This document shows, one piece after another, positions 1 through 7,780 of a stretch of DNA of 23,657 nt (positions within the stretch are counted from its first letter, which is position 1; each line of letters opens with the position of its first letter). This DNA is from Polyangia bacterium (GTDB taxonomy: Bacteria > Myxococcota_A > Polyangia > Polyangiales > Polyangiaceae): NCBI GenBank assembly GCA_030433055.1, contig JAUILJ010000014.1, positions 1 through 23,657 on the forward strand, in the 5' to 3' direction. The notes below the pieces were generated by a model. That model did not search any database, was not told the DNA's origin, and worked only from the letters and a program-made list of their open reading frames with translations. The translations under genes and the position numbers were made by a program.

Positions 1-2
1 AC

Positions 3-509
3 GCTTCTGCGTACCTGAAGCCTTACTGCGATCTCCAGCTGCTGCAGCGCATTGGGCAGAAGGTGATCGCCGCCGAGACGATGGAAGCCCTCGCCAGAGG
101 CCTCTCAGACATGGACGTCGTGCGGGATTTCGCGCTCGTGGGAGTCGGCCGGGTCTCTCCAAGCAATCGCGACGCCATCGCCACCGCGGCTGATTTCATC
201 GTGCGCCGCGAGGACATAGACACGGTGATCGTCTACGGCTTGGTCGGGAACCGTATCGATGGGTCCATGCGGACGAACAGCCCAAGTGTGGATCCCACGC
301 ATTTCCTTGAGGAAGCGTTTGGTAAGGACGCCAACGGACAACCTTACGGTGGCGGTCGCGCAGACAAGGGAGGCTTTCAGATCCCCCTCGGCATCCTGTG
401 CGAGGCCGACGACGATGACTCCCTCTGGCGCCTCGTGCGCCAGACCGTCCGGCGTCGTCTGGGCACGGTGATCCCCGAGCTGCTCGGGGATCCCAACGGG
501 CGCAGCTAG
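3..509 (+). CDS. DHH/DHHA1-family phosphoesterase, C-terminal fragment (5' end is upstream of the window)
   Basis: The frame is open from nt 3, with no stop before the GTG at 63 used by the ORF track. Stop is TAG 507-509. The C-terminus contains YGGGRADKGGFQIPLG, which resembles the DHHA1 GGGH..AAG motif with Arg in place of His. Codons are mostly G/C-ending, like the other genes here. Confidence 0.45.
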   Translation, partial: ASAYLKPYCDLQLLQRIGQKVIAAETMEALARGLSDMDVVRDFALVGVGRVSPSNRDAIATAADFIVRREDIDTVIVYGLVGNRIDGSMRTNSPSVDPTHFLEEAFGKDANGQPYGGGRADKGGFQIPLGILCEADDDDSLWRLVRQTVRRRLGTVIPELLGDPNGRS

Positions 510-526
510 GACCGGGGCGCGGGCGC

Positions 527-733
527 TCAGCCCTCCGCGGTCTCTTCGTTGATTTCGAGCAATGTGTTGAGCGCCTCGACCTGGCGCTTGGCGCGGATTT
601 CTTTCTGCCGGAGCAACTTGAGCTGAGTCTCCAGCTTGCGCTGCTCGGCCTCGATCTCCTTGAGCGAGTCCTTGAGCTGGTCTCGCTCGACCTTGAGAGT
701 TTCGACGCTGATCGTCAGACGCTTTTCTTCCAT
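527..733 (-). CDS. small (68 aa) coiled-coil protein, function unknown
   Basis: ATG to TGA ORF with G/C-ending codons. The translation is a continuous heptad-like Leu/Glu/Lys/Gln helix (LKDSLKEIEAEQRKLETQLKLLRQKEIRAKRQVEAL). It lies 77 nt downstream of the FHA-GGDEF gene on the same strand. No family recognised. Confidence 0.5.
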   Translation of the reverse strand: MEEKRLTISVETLKVERDQLKDSLKEIEAEQRKLETQLKLLRQKEIRAKRQVEALNTLLEINEETAEG

Positions 734-810
734 ACCGGCTCAGCAGATACCAACCGGCTTCCCACGAGTAAAGCCGCGCGTGATTTGCCTCGTCGGGGCC
801 TGCCTGGCGG

Positions 811-1797
811 CTAGTCCTGGGCGACGACTCGGTTGCGCCCTGCGCGCTTTGCCCGGTAGAGGCGTCGGTCTGCGGTCGCTACCAGCGCCTCGGCTGTCAC
901 CTGGGTCACGCAGCTCAAGGACGCTACCCCCAGGCTGACGGTGATGTTTGGGAGTCCCGTGTCCACCGGGGCGGGGCGAGCCAGCACCTCACGAATGCGC
1001 TCAGCGACCTGGGTGGCACCGGGATGTCCGATACCTCGGAGCACCACCAGGAACTCCTCCCCCCCATACCGCGCAAAGACGTCCTCAGCGCGTAGCATGT
1101 GGCCCACAGTTTCACTGAGGTGAAGGAGCACTTGGTCTCCTACCGGGTGGCCGTAGCGATCGTTGACCAGCTTGAAATGGTCGACATCGAGCAGGAGCAC
1201 CGCGAGCGCGGAGTGATGCCTCCGGGCATAAGACACCTCCGCAGACAGGCGCTCGTCGAGGTGACTCCGATTGTATGCTCCCGTGAGTGGGTCGCGGATG
1301 CTGGATTCATAGAGCTGAAGCATCGCGCGTTCCTGGGCGGCGTCCACACAGGAGTAGCGGAAGGCGACTCGGGCCCCGAGCTGGATCGTATCTCCATCCG
1401 ACAGCGCGCGCAGCTTGACGCGCTCACCGTTGACGTAGGTTCCGTTTCGGGAACCCAGGTCCTCGACCCAGTGTGCGTCGTGGGCGACAAACAGTTTCGC
1501 GTGGAAACGACTGATACCATCGTCGTCGATGCGGTAGTCGGCGTTCATGTGCCGCCCGACCTGACAGGGTACGCGACTGAGCGTCAACGGCCGACCTGCG
1601 CCCGCGGCGTCCAGGCGGACCAACACGCCGCGGTCTCTCCGTCCAACGCTCTCATCGTGTGCGCCGATGAAGGAGATGCTGGTCGTCTCGTCCTCCCCCC
1701 AACAGCAAGGCTCACGAAAGGGCTCGAGCAGAGTCTCTTTCGAGTTCTGAGGTCGACTCGGCGGGTCGGGGGTGAGGGAATGCGCAGGAACGGTCAC
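811..1797 (-). CDS. FHA-domain diguanylate cyclase (FHA + GGDEF, GGEEF active site, RxxD I-site)
   Basis: FHA signature: GRHMNADYRIDDDGISRFHAKL...GSRNGTYVNGERV. GGDEF domain: DPLTGAYNR, LLLDVDHFKLVNDRYGH, RAEDVFARYGGEEF, LYRAKRAGRNRV. I prefer the start at the in-frame GTG 1797-1795, which overlaps the upstream TGA as GTGA, over the ORF-track ATG at 1860, which would overlap the EAL gene by 67 nt. Confidence 0.88.
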   Translation of the reverse strand: MTVPAHSLTPDPPSRPQNSKETLLEPFREPCCWGEDETTSISFIGAHDESVGRRDRGVLVRLDAAGAGRPLTLSRVPCQVGRHMNADYRIDDDGISRFHAKLFVAHDAHWVEDLGSRNGTYVNGERVKLRALSDGDTIQLGARVAFRYSCVDAAQERAMLQLYESSIRDPLTGAYNRSHLDERLSAEVSYARRHHSALAVLLLDVDHFKLVNDRYGHPVGDQVLLHLSETVGHMLRAEDVFARYGGEEFLVVLRGIGHPGATQVAERIREVLARPAPVDTGLPNITVSLGVASLSCVTQVTAEALVATADRRLYRAKRAGRNRVVAQD

Positions 1798-3020
1798 CAG
1801 TTCAACTCCGGGAAAGCTGGGCCAGGTTTGGCGATGAAGTAGCCTTGGAGCAGGTCGCAACCGAGGTCGATCAACGCGTCGCGCTCTTCGCGCGTCTCCA
1901 CGCCCTCGCCTACGACCAGCATTCCCATGTCTGCGCAGAGCTGCGCGATGGACCGGATGAGCTTCTGCTTCGTCGGCGCCTGATGCACGTCTCTCACGAG
2001 GCTCATGTCGAGCTTCACGATGTCTGGCTCCAGCAGGGCGAAGCTGGTCAGGCCTGCATACCCTGCACCGAGGTCATCGACGGCGATGCGGAAACCCATC
2101 TCGCGCAACACGGCGACTCGGCGCTTCACGTCTTTGATCTCGTCCAGGCTCGAACGCTCCGTGATCTCGAGCACGACTCGATCGGCAACTCGCGAGAGCG
2201 GAGCGTCAGGCTCGTACAGTTGGGAGTCGAGTAGATCCGTCGTGTGCAGATTGACGAACAAGAGCCCGGACTCTGGAGTCACCGCGGACACCGCGCGCTC
2301 TCGAATCGTTCGGCTGAGTTCATCGACCCGCTCCAGCTTGATCGCGGCCTCGATGACGGCGCCGGGGTGAGGCAGACTGGGTTCCTTGGATCGCAGCAGC
2401 GCTTCGTAGCCGTAGACCGCGCCATTGGTGCGCACGATGGGCTGGTAGGCCATCCACAGTGTCGCCAACGCGCTACCGAAGCTCGCCTCCAGGCCTGCGC
2501 GGTCGCCTGCTCCTGCGTTTCCCCCCAAGAGCTCGGCGGCTTCGCGGCGCATGCGCGCCATGCGGTGGAGCCGCACCGCCTTGTCCAACACTTCCTCGAG
2601 GTTGTCGTTCTCGACAGGCTTGGTCAGGTAGTGGAAGGCTCCGTACTCCAGTGCCTTGACGGCGGTGCTCACCGCTGGCTCCCCGGTCACTAGGATCACG
2701 GGCACATCCAGATCGTGCTCTCGGACTTCGCGAAGTAGCTGGATCCCATCCATCCGCGGCATTGCGATGTCACTCAAGATGACGTCGTACTCGTGAGCGT
2801 TGAGCTGCTCGATCGCGGCTTCCCCCCCGGGTGCTGTATCCACGTGGAAGCCACGTAGCGCGAGACAACGGCGAAACGCTCGCAGCAGCGCGGGTTCGTC
2901 ATCGACGACCAGGATTCGACCCTTGGTCGCTGCCGACCACACGCCGCTGGCTTCAGAGCCCCGCTCGGAGGGCGATTTGTCGGTAGTTGAGTGCCGCAGG
3001 GCGACGAGGGGGACGGTCAT
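1794..3020 (-). CDS. response-regulator receiver + EAL c-di-GMP phosphodiesterase
   Basis: REC motifs: ILVVDDEP, DVILSDIAMPRMDG, VILVTG, YLTKP. EAL motifs all present: YEALLRS, FVNLH, LEITERS, AVDDLGAGYAG, VKLDMSLV, GEGVETRE, LLQGYF. Confidence 0.9.
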   Translation of the reverse strand: MTVPLVALRHSTTDKSPSERGSEASGVWSAATKGRILVVDDEPALLRAFRRCLALRGFHVDTAPGGEAAIEQLNAHEYDVILSDIAMPRMDGIQLLREVREHDLDVPVILVTGEPAVSTAVKALEYGAFHYLTKPVENDNLEEVLDKAVRLHRMARMRREAAELLGGNAGAGDRAGLEASFGSALATLWMAYQPIVRTNGAVYGYEALLRSKEPSLPHPGAVIEAAIKLERVDELSRTIRERAVSAVTPESGLLFVNLHTTDLLDSQLYEPDAPLSRVADRVVLEITERSSLDEIKDVKRRVAVLREMGFRIAVDDLGAGYAGLTSFALLEPDIVKLDMSLVRDVHQAPTKQKLIRSIAQLCADMGMLVVGEGVETREERDALIDLGCDLLQGYFIAKPGPAFPELNW

Positions 3021-3098
3021 GAAGCTGATGAACGGCTCCGAATCGCCTTCCCTTAGGCGCTTTTCTGCACCCCTCGCTCAGCCGGGAACAATCCCAGG

Positions 3099-3176
3099 TT
3101 GAACTGACGATTCAAATGAAGATTCGATCGGTAATCAATGGCATCAATCAATTGATCAAATCAATTGGTATTGATC
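3099..3176. promoter_or_regulatory. AT-rich island with iterated TCAAT/ATTGA half-sites, upstream of the minus-strand REC-EAL operon
   Basis: TCAAT occurs at 3135, 3144, 3148 and 3161, and ATTGA at 3151 and 3170. There is a perfect 10-bp palindrome ATCAATTGAT (3147-3156) and an inverted repeat TCAAT-N4-ATTGA (3161-3174). Local GC is far below the window average. Confidence 0.35.
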
Positions 3177-3179
3177 GCC

Positions 3180-5843
3180 ACGGGGGCAGCAAACGCGATG
3201 CTTTTGCGCCTGGTAACGCCGGGCTGCGGGGCAGCGGAGGCGGCAGTGGAGGGGCTTGAGCACGGCGTTCGAAGCTGCTTCTGCCGCTGGCATCGGCCGG
3301 CAACCAGCGACAAATCGCCTAGAATTCGTGGACAGTCAGCGCGATCCGTTGCAAGCTTGGAGTGCTGCAGGGCGCTCGCTGAGGTCTTCGACGACCTCCC
3401 GCCTGGGTGCTTCCCTCGACGCAGGGAGGTCCCCGATGTGCGTTACCTGGGGACGACTGATGCACAAGGTGCCCATAAGCTGTGGACAACCCTGCAAACG
3501 AAGAAACTGCCTTTGGTGGGAGTTTTCTTGTTGATTTGATTGCACGCTTCCGGCATAAACGTTTCTGGAAGTTCGCGGCACATCAAAACCGCGGACGGAT
3601 CGATCGTAGAGGTTACGAGGGGCGCTGCAGGGTCTTCCAAGGAAGGTCCTGAGCCGACTTGAGGGGTGCTTGGCGCGTTCAACGCCACGCTCCAGCGTCG
3701 GTTGAAAAGGCGTCGAGACCATGGCTGCCGCGTCAGACATGGCTCGGGCTGGTGAGAACCGGTTCCTTCGTGGTCGAAGGGGTTCCGGCTTCGTGGAATT
3801 CGATCTCTTTCGCGAGAGATGGTTCAAAGCGAGGCCTTGGCCGGCGATTCAGGACTGTCGTCTTCTAGCGACAGGCCAGGGTTTTCGGTGACATACGAAC
3901 CTCCGGGTGGAGTCGGAGTTGGCGCGTCTTCTCGCAGGGAAGATGCTGACTCGGTTCCACCGACCTTCGAGGGTGGAGGGGCTCTTTGAGTCACTCGATG
4001 CTCTCCTTCGGGAGGGCGAAGCCCTAGGAGGCCGCAGCGCTGAGTTTCTCAGCCAACGAGAGGCGTGAGAGCGTCTCTTGAGCGGTGATCGGACGTCCCA
4101 GGTCGTGCTCGAGCTCGAATTGAAAAGTCGCATTACGCAGTGATGAGCGTGCCCTTGTGCGTGTGCACGCTCCCTTCCGGGGGAGTGTGACGGCGTGCTG
4201 GAGTGTCGGTTTCGGCGCTCGGGGTCGGTTCGCGCGGGATGGTGTTTGCCAGACCGTTCGAGCTGTCGAACAGCTGGCTTGCTGGCTGAGTCGAAGCTTA
4301 CTTGCTGCGAGACGTCGAGGTTCTGCGTCTCCGGGTTCACGATACTCGGAGGGTGCGCTGGACCTTGGCCGTGGTACCTCGCGAGGGGTTCAGGGTTCGC
4401 ACATGGAAAAACCGTGAGCGGACACCAGCCATGGTGACAGTCGACGTCAGAAGCACGCGCAGGCGGCACGGCGTAGAGCGTTCGACAAGGATGCTCGCGG
4501 GGTGCGCTCTCGTGTGTGGAAGTCGGAGTTTCGCGTGAACGGAGCTTCGGTCGGAGTTGGCGTGAGCGCTTGCGTCTCGCGTCGGGCTGCCGATGACTTG
4601 GATGTGAGCTTGGGTACTCGTCTTTGAAATGCAGGTTGCAGGTATCGGTCGAACGTATCTTTGGTGCGTTGTCCGCTCGTTCCTTCGGGGGCGGAAGGAT
4701 GACGGATCTAGGCTCGAGCGAGGTGCGCGTTCCCAGTTGAATGTAGGGGACCGCGGACCGAGAGAGGGTCGAACGGGTGCGCGAAGCTGGGGTACACGGA
4801 ACAGTGCGCTCTGGCGTCGGCCTAGGAATGGGAGTTGCTAGGATTTCGGCACGGTACTAGATGTACTGGAGCATCGGTGTCTGGCTCTCTAAACCAGAGT
4901 TTGGACCCCCTGCTCCTGGCTCCTCGGGTGAAGCCTCGTTGGTGGAGCTACTTGAGATTCAGATTAGTTCCTTACGGAAGTGATTGGGGTCGCGGGTTGT
5001 TCCTTGGGCGGGGGCGAAAGCCAACGAACAGTACGAGGTTGCATGGGCTCTCGGGTCCATGTCGAGATGCTGGCAGCGATGTCAGCGTCAGACTCGCACC
5101 CAACAGGTCAGCCGGTTCGCCTTGTCTAGAGGCAGGGAGGACGGGTGTCCGAGGCGCGACAGAGTACATCAGCGGAAGGGGTTTCGTGATCACGGCTCTC
5201 CCAGCTCCCGCCACGAATCACCGGCAGCGATGTCGGTGATGGTTCGCTCGCCTAACAAGCGAGATGAAGCGTCGGATCGACCGCCCAATCGGGTTCGGTC
5301 CGTCCAGGGCGTCTTCAGGACGGAGCGCAGAGGGTCAGTCGCTCGCGGTTACGTGGTTTCGCTTCGATCGTCCAACGGGTTGCTTCGGCAGCTCGGGGTG
5401 GTCAGCGGACACGCGGCTGCGCGGAATGCCAGTGTTCGAGGTTCGTCAGCTCGTCCCCCACAGGATGGGTTGGCCACGTCCTTCGCCTTCACTCTAGAGG
5501 TGAACTGTTCTCTGCCCGAGAGGGTGAGTTGAGCAGGGGGTGGGAAGTGCGGCGGTTTCGCCGGTTCGGAAGCAGAGCCACCAGCCTCGCTGGGCGCATC
5601 ACACAAGCCTCCGCCAAAGCTGGGCAAGATAATTCCTTGCTCACCCAACTCAGGTCCTGCCAGCGCGAACTGCGCGGGCCTGACGAGAGAACCTGTATTG
5701 AGTCGACGATGTCACGTCACGCCGCAAGCGTGTGCGTGGGGCTGATGAGCCGCCAAGTGCGGCGCGGGGGCTTAATTGCTCACCATCGGCAAGCGACGCT
5801 TCCCGAAGGCAACCAGGGTGACCTGGTTGCCTTTCGTTTTTTT
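3180..5843 (+). ncRNA. candidate large structured non-coding RNA locus (one or several transcripts; 5' end undefined; no known family recognised)
   Basis: No credible ORF on either strand. GC is lower than in the flanking genes. Short perfect hairpins with tetraloops are frequent. The words GTCGGAGTT(GGCG) and GGTTCG recur. The region ends at a plus-strand intrinsic terminator. See findings for coordinates. This is not demonstrated. Confidence 0.3.
5806..5843 (+). terminator. Rho-independent terminator (plus strand only)
   Basis: Perfect 10-bp stem GGCAACCAGG (5808-5817) / CCTGGTTGCC (5822-5831) with GUGA loop (5818-5821), followed by TTTCGTTTTTTT (5832-5843). A5806 and A5807 can extend the stem into the T tract. 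The reverse complement has no U-run after the stem. Confidence 0.8.
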
Positions 5844-5999
5844 GTGCTGCGTGGTCGTAGCTGAGCCGTCTGTTCCTCCGCCCGACGCCCGGTCGCACCG
5901 CGCTGCGGTGGGCGAGCTGGCGTGGAGGCGCCGAAACGGGGCGAGTGGCAGGCGCGAACCGTTGCCCACCGGGAGCCTGTGTGCTTCGCTCGCCCGCCC

Positions 6000-6950
6000 A
6001 TGCATGAGCGCCCCGTACTGCCCAGATTGTCGCCGCTCGGGGGGCGCTGGGCGTACCTCCGGCTGCTTGTCAGCGCGTGCATCGTTCTGATCGGGGCAGG
6101 GGCGTGCGAGCACAAGCAGGAGCCGACAGCGGAGGATGGTCGGCCGCGGTTCGTCTCGCTGGCCCCCGCCATCACCGAGACGCTCTTCGCCATCGGGGCC
6201 GGCGACCGAGTCGTCGCGGTGAGCCAGTATTGCGAACGGCCGGCAGAGGCCAAGCGGCTGCCTCAGGTGGGCACCGCGATGACCCCGAACTACGAGGCGA
6301 TTGCCAGGCTCCGCCCCACGTTAATCCTTACGGAAACGAATAAGAGTGCCAAGAGCAAAGAACTGAAGCAGCTCGGGCCTACGCTGGAGCTGCCGTGGCT
6401 CACCTTGCCCGAGATCACGCAGAGCATTCGCGAGCTCGGAGAGAAGACGGGACACAGCGAGAAGGCCAACGAGATCGCACTGCGCATGTCCAGTGAGCTG
6501 GGGAAAGAGCCTCCACCTGACGCTCCCAAGGTGCTGCTGGTGCTGGGCTACGGTGCGAAGCCCAGCATCGATGAAGTCTGGTTCATTCGCAGAAATAGCC
6601 TTCACGGCGCTGCCCTCGCCTCTGCAGGGGGCCGCAACGTCGTGGATCGGGATGTCACTGGGCTACCCCGGCTCAAGGTTCAGGAGGTGCTACAGCTCGA
6701 TCCCGAACAGATCATCGTCTTGGTTCAGGCGAAGCGCAGCGAGGAGGCGGCCATTCTGGCCGCGTGGAAGAAGCTCGAGCCGCTGCAAGCGGTGAAGCAT
6801 CAGCGCGTCGCGGTGCTTGAGGCACCCGAAGCCTTCGGCAACGGTCCGAGCATTCTCGAACTGCGAGTGAAGCTGCAGCGCCAGATCGCCGCGCTGGGGG
6901 GGCCGCGACCGGCAGCGAGCTCGGCGGCAACGGCTGGAAGCGCACCGTGA
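6000..6950 (+). CDS. ABC transporter periplasmic substrate-binding protein, BtuF/FecB (class III) family, probable lipoprotein
   Basis: RFVSLAPAITETLFAIGAGDRVVAVSQYC...PNYEAIARLRPTLILTE is typical of cobalamin/heme/siderophore binding proteins. Start is placed at ATG 6000 (MHERP...LLVSACIVLIGAGAC signal with Cys) rather than the ORF-track ATG at 5922. Confidence 0.85.
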   Translation: MHERPVLPRLSPLGGRWAYLRLLVSACIVLIGAGACEHKQEPTAEDGRPRFVSLAPAITETLFAIGAGDRVVAVSQYCERPAEAKRLPQVGTAMTPNYEAIARLRPTLILTETNKSAKSKELKQLGPTLELPWLTLPEITQSIRELGEKTGHSEKANEIALRMSSELGKEPPPDAPKVLLVLGYGAKPSIDEVWFIRRNSLHGAALASAGGRNVVDRDVTGLPRLKVQEVLQLDPEQIIVLVQAKRSEEAAILAAWKKLEPLQAVKHQRVAVLEAPEAFGNGPSILELRVKLQRQIAALGGPRPAASSAATAGSAP

Positions 6951-7768
6951 CTCGCCTCGAGCTCCAGGGCGTGAGCTTGACGCTGAGCGGAAGCCAGGTA
7001 GTCGCAGGCGTGGAGCTGGAGATCGGAGCGGGAGACTTCGTCGCGCTCCTGGGGCCCAATGGGTCGGGCAAGACGAGCCTGATCAAGATCTGCTTGGGGC
7101 TATATCCGCCGGGAAGTGGCGAGGCTCGGCTCGACGGAGTCGCCCTGGGCGCGCTCGCGCCGAAGCTTCGCGCCGCGAAGCTCGCTTGGCTGCCCCAGCG
7201 CTGGGAGCCCAGTGAGCCGCTTCCGGTGGTGGAAGTCGTCGCCGCCGCGCGCTATCGGCTGGCGGAGCCTTACGCGGTCGCCGCGCGCGAGGCGCGGCTC
7301 GCGCTCGAGCGCGTGGGGGCGGCCGCGTTTGCAGCGCGGCGCATCGACGAGCTGTCGGGAGGTGAACTCCAGCGCGTGCTGCTCGCTTGCGTCGTGGCTC
7401 AGCAGGCGCCGCTGCTGTTCTTCGATGAGCCTGCCAATCACCTCGATCCGCAGCACCAGATCGCGACGTATCGCCTGCTCGGCGAGCTATGGCGGAGCGG
7501 CGCAGGGGTGCTGTGTGTGACCCACGACATCAACCTGCTGGCGCATGTGGGTCGCGCCGAGGACATCCGTGTGCTCGGCATGCGGGGGGGGAGGGTCACC
7601 CTGGACACTCGCTACGCCGATCCCGAGCTGGCTCGAGGTCTGTCTGAACTCTACGCCGCGGACTACGCGGAGTTTCAAGATGGTTCCGTGCGGCATTTCT
7701 ACGTGCGAGGCCCAGCAGGAGCCGCCAGTGGAGTGTCGGAGGCTGAGCCGCCTCGAGGAGACGCATGA
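6947..7768 (+). CDS. ABC transporter ATP-binding protein (FecE/BtuD/HmuV-like)
   Basis: Walker A GPNGSGKTS, signature LSGGELQRV, Walker B LLFFDEP, H-loop VTHD. The GTG start overlaps the upstream TGA as GTGA (6947-6950). Confidence 0.9.
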   Translation: MTRLELQGVSLTLSGSQVVAGVELEIGAGDFVALLGPNGSGKTSLIKICLGLYPPGSGEARLDGVALGALAPKLRAAKLAWLPQRWEPSEPLPVVEVVAAARYRLAEPYAVAAREARLALERVGAAAFAARRIDELSGGELQRVLLACVVAQQAPLLFFDEPANHLDPQHQIATYRLLGELWRSGAGVLCVTHDINLLAHVGRAEDIRVLGMRGGRVTLDTRYADPELARGLSELYAADYAEFQDGSVRHFYVRGPAGAASGVSEAEPPRGDA

Positions 7769-7780
7769 GCGGAAGGCGCG

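Noticed and set aside
3501-3540. AU-rich hairpin AAGAAACT/AGTTTTCTT followed by a T-rich tract as a terminator inside the gap
   Set aside because: The stem is weak (A-U rich with a bulge) and the T tract is interrupted. The same sequence doubles as the possible -35 region, so the call is ambiguous.
5545-5590. SRP (4.5S) RNA-like string GGTTCGGAAGCAGAGCCACCAG
   Set aside because: It resembles GGUCCGGAAGGAAGCAGCC only loosely. It lacks the GGAA-loop helix 8 symmetry and the flanking closing stem.
5738-5770. Hammerhead-like CUGAUGAG followed by a GCCGC/GCGGC stem (also CUGACGAG at about 5681)
   Set aside because: After the stem there is no GAAA core or cleavage-site helix arrangement, so it is only a partial word match.
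3165-5864. ORF-track ORFs inside the gap (3165-3539, 3336-3827, 3849-4469, 4157-4538 set, 4835-5239, 4984-5532, 5529-5864)
   Set aside because: The translations are Arg/Ser/Pro/Gly-rich with no recognisable motifs. They mutually overlap in several frames and strands. They lack start-site signals. Their codon third positions carry many A/T, unlike the real genes here. This is typical of random ORFs in GC-rich non-coding DNA. A decayed pseudogene cannot be excluded without BLASTX.
5560-6000. Cobalamin riboswitch upstream of the BtuF-like ABC operon, with the 5808-5843 hairpin as its terminator
   Set aside because: I could not find the conserved core on the plus strand (GGGAA...GGTG..AA.CC...CCCGC, GCCACTG, or the B12 box AGYCMGGAGACCTGCC). 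Partial look-alikes (GGGAAG...GGTGAGCAATTAAGCCCCCGC and GCAGGACCTG) are on the minus strand, with wrong spacing and wrong orientation for the operon. This needs cmscan to be definitive.
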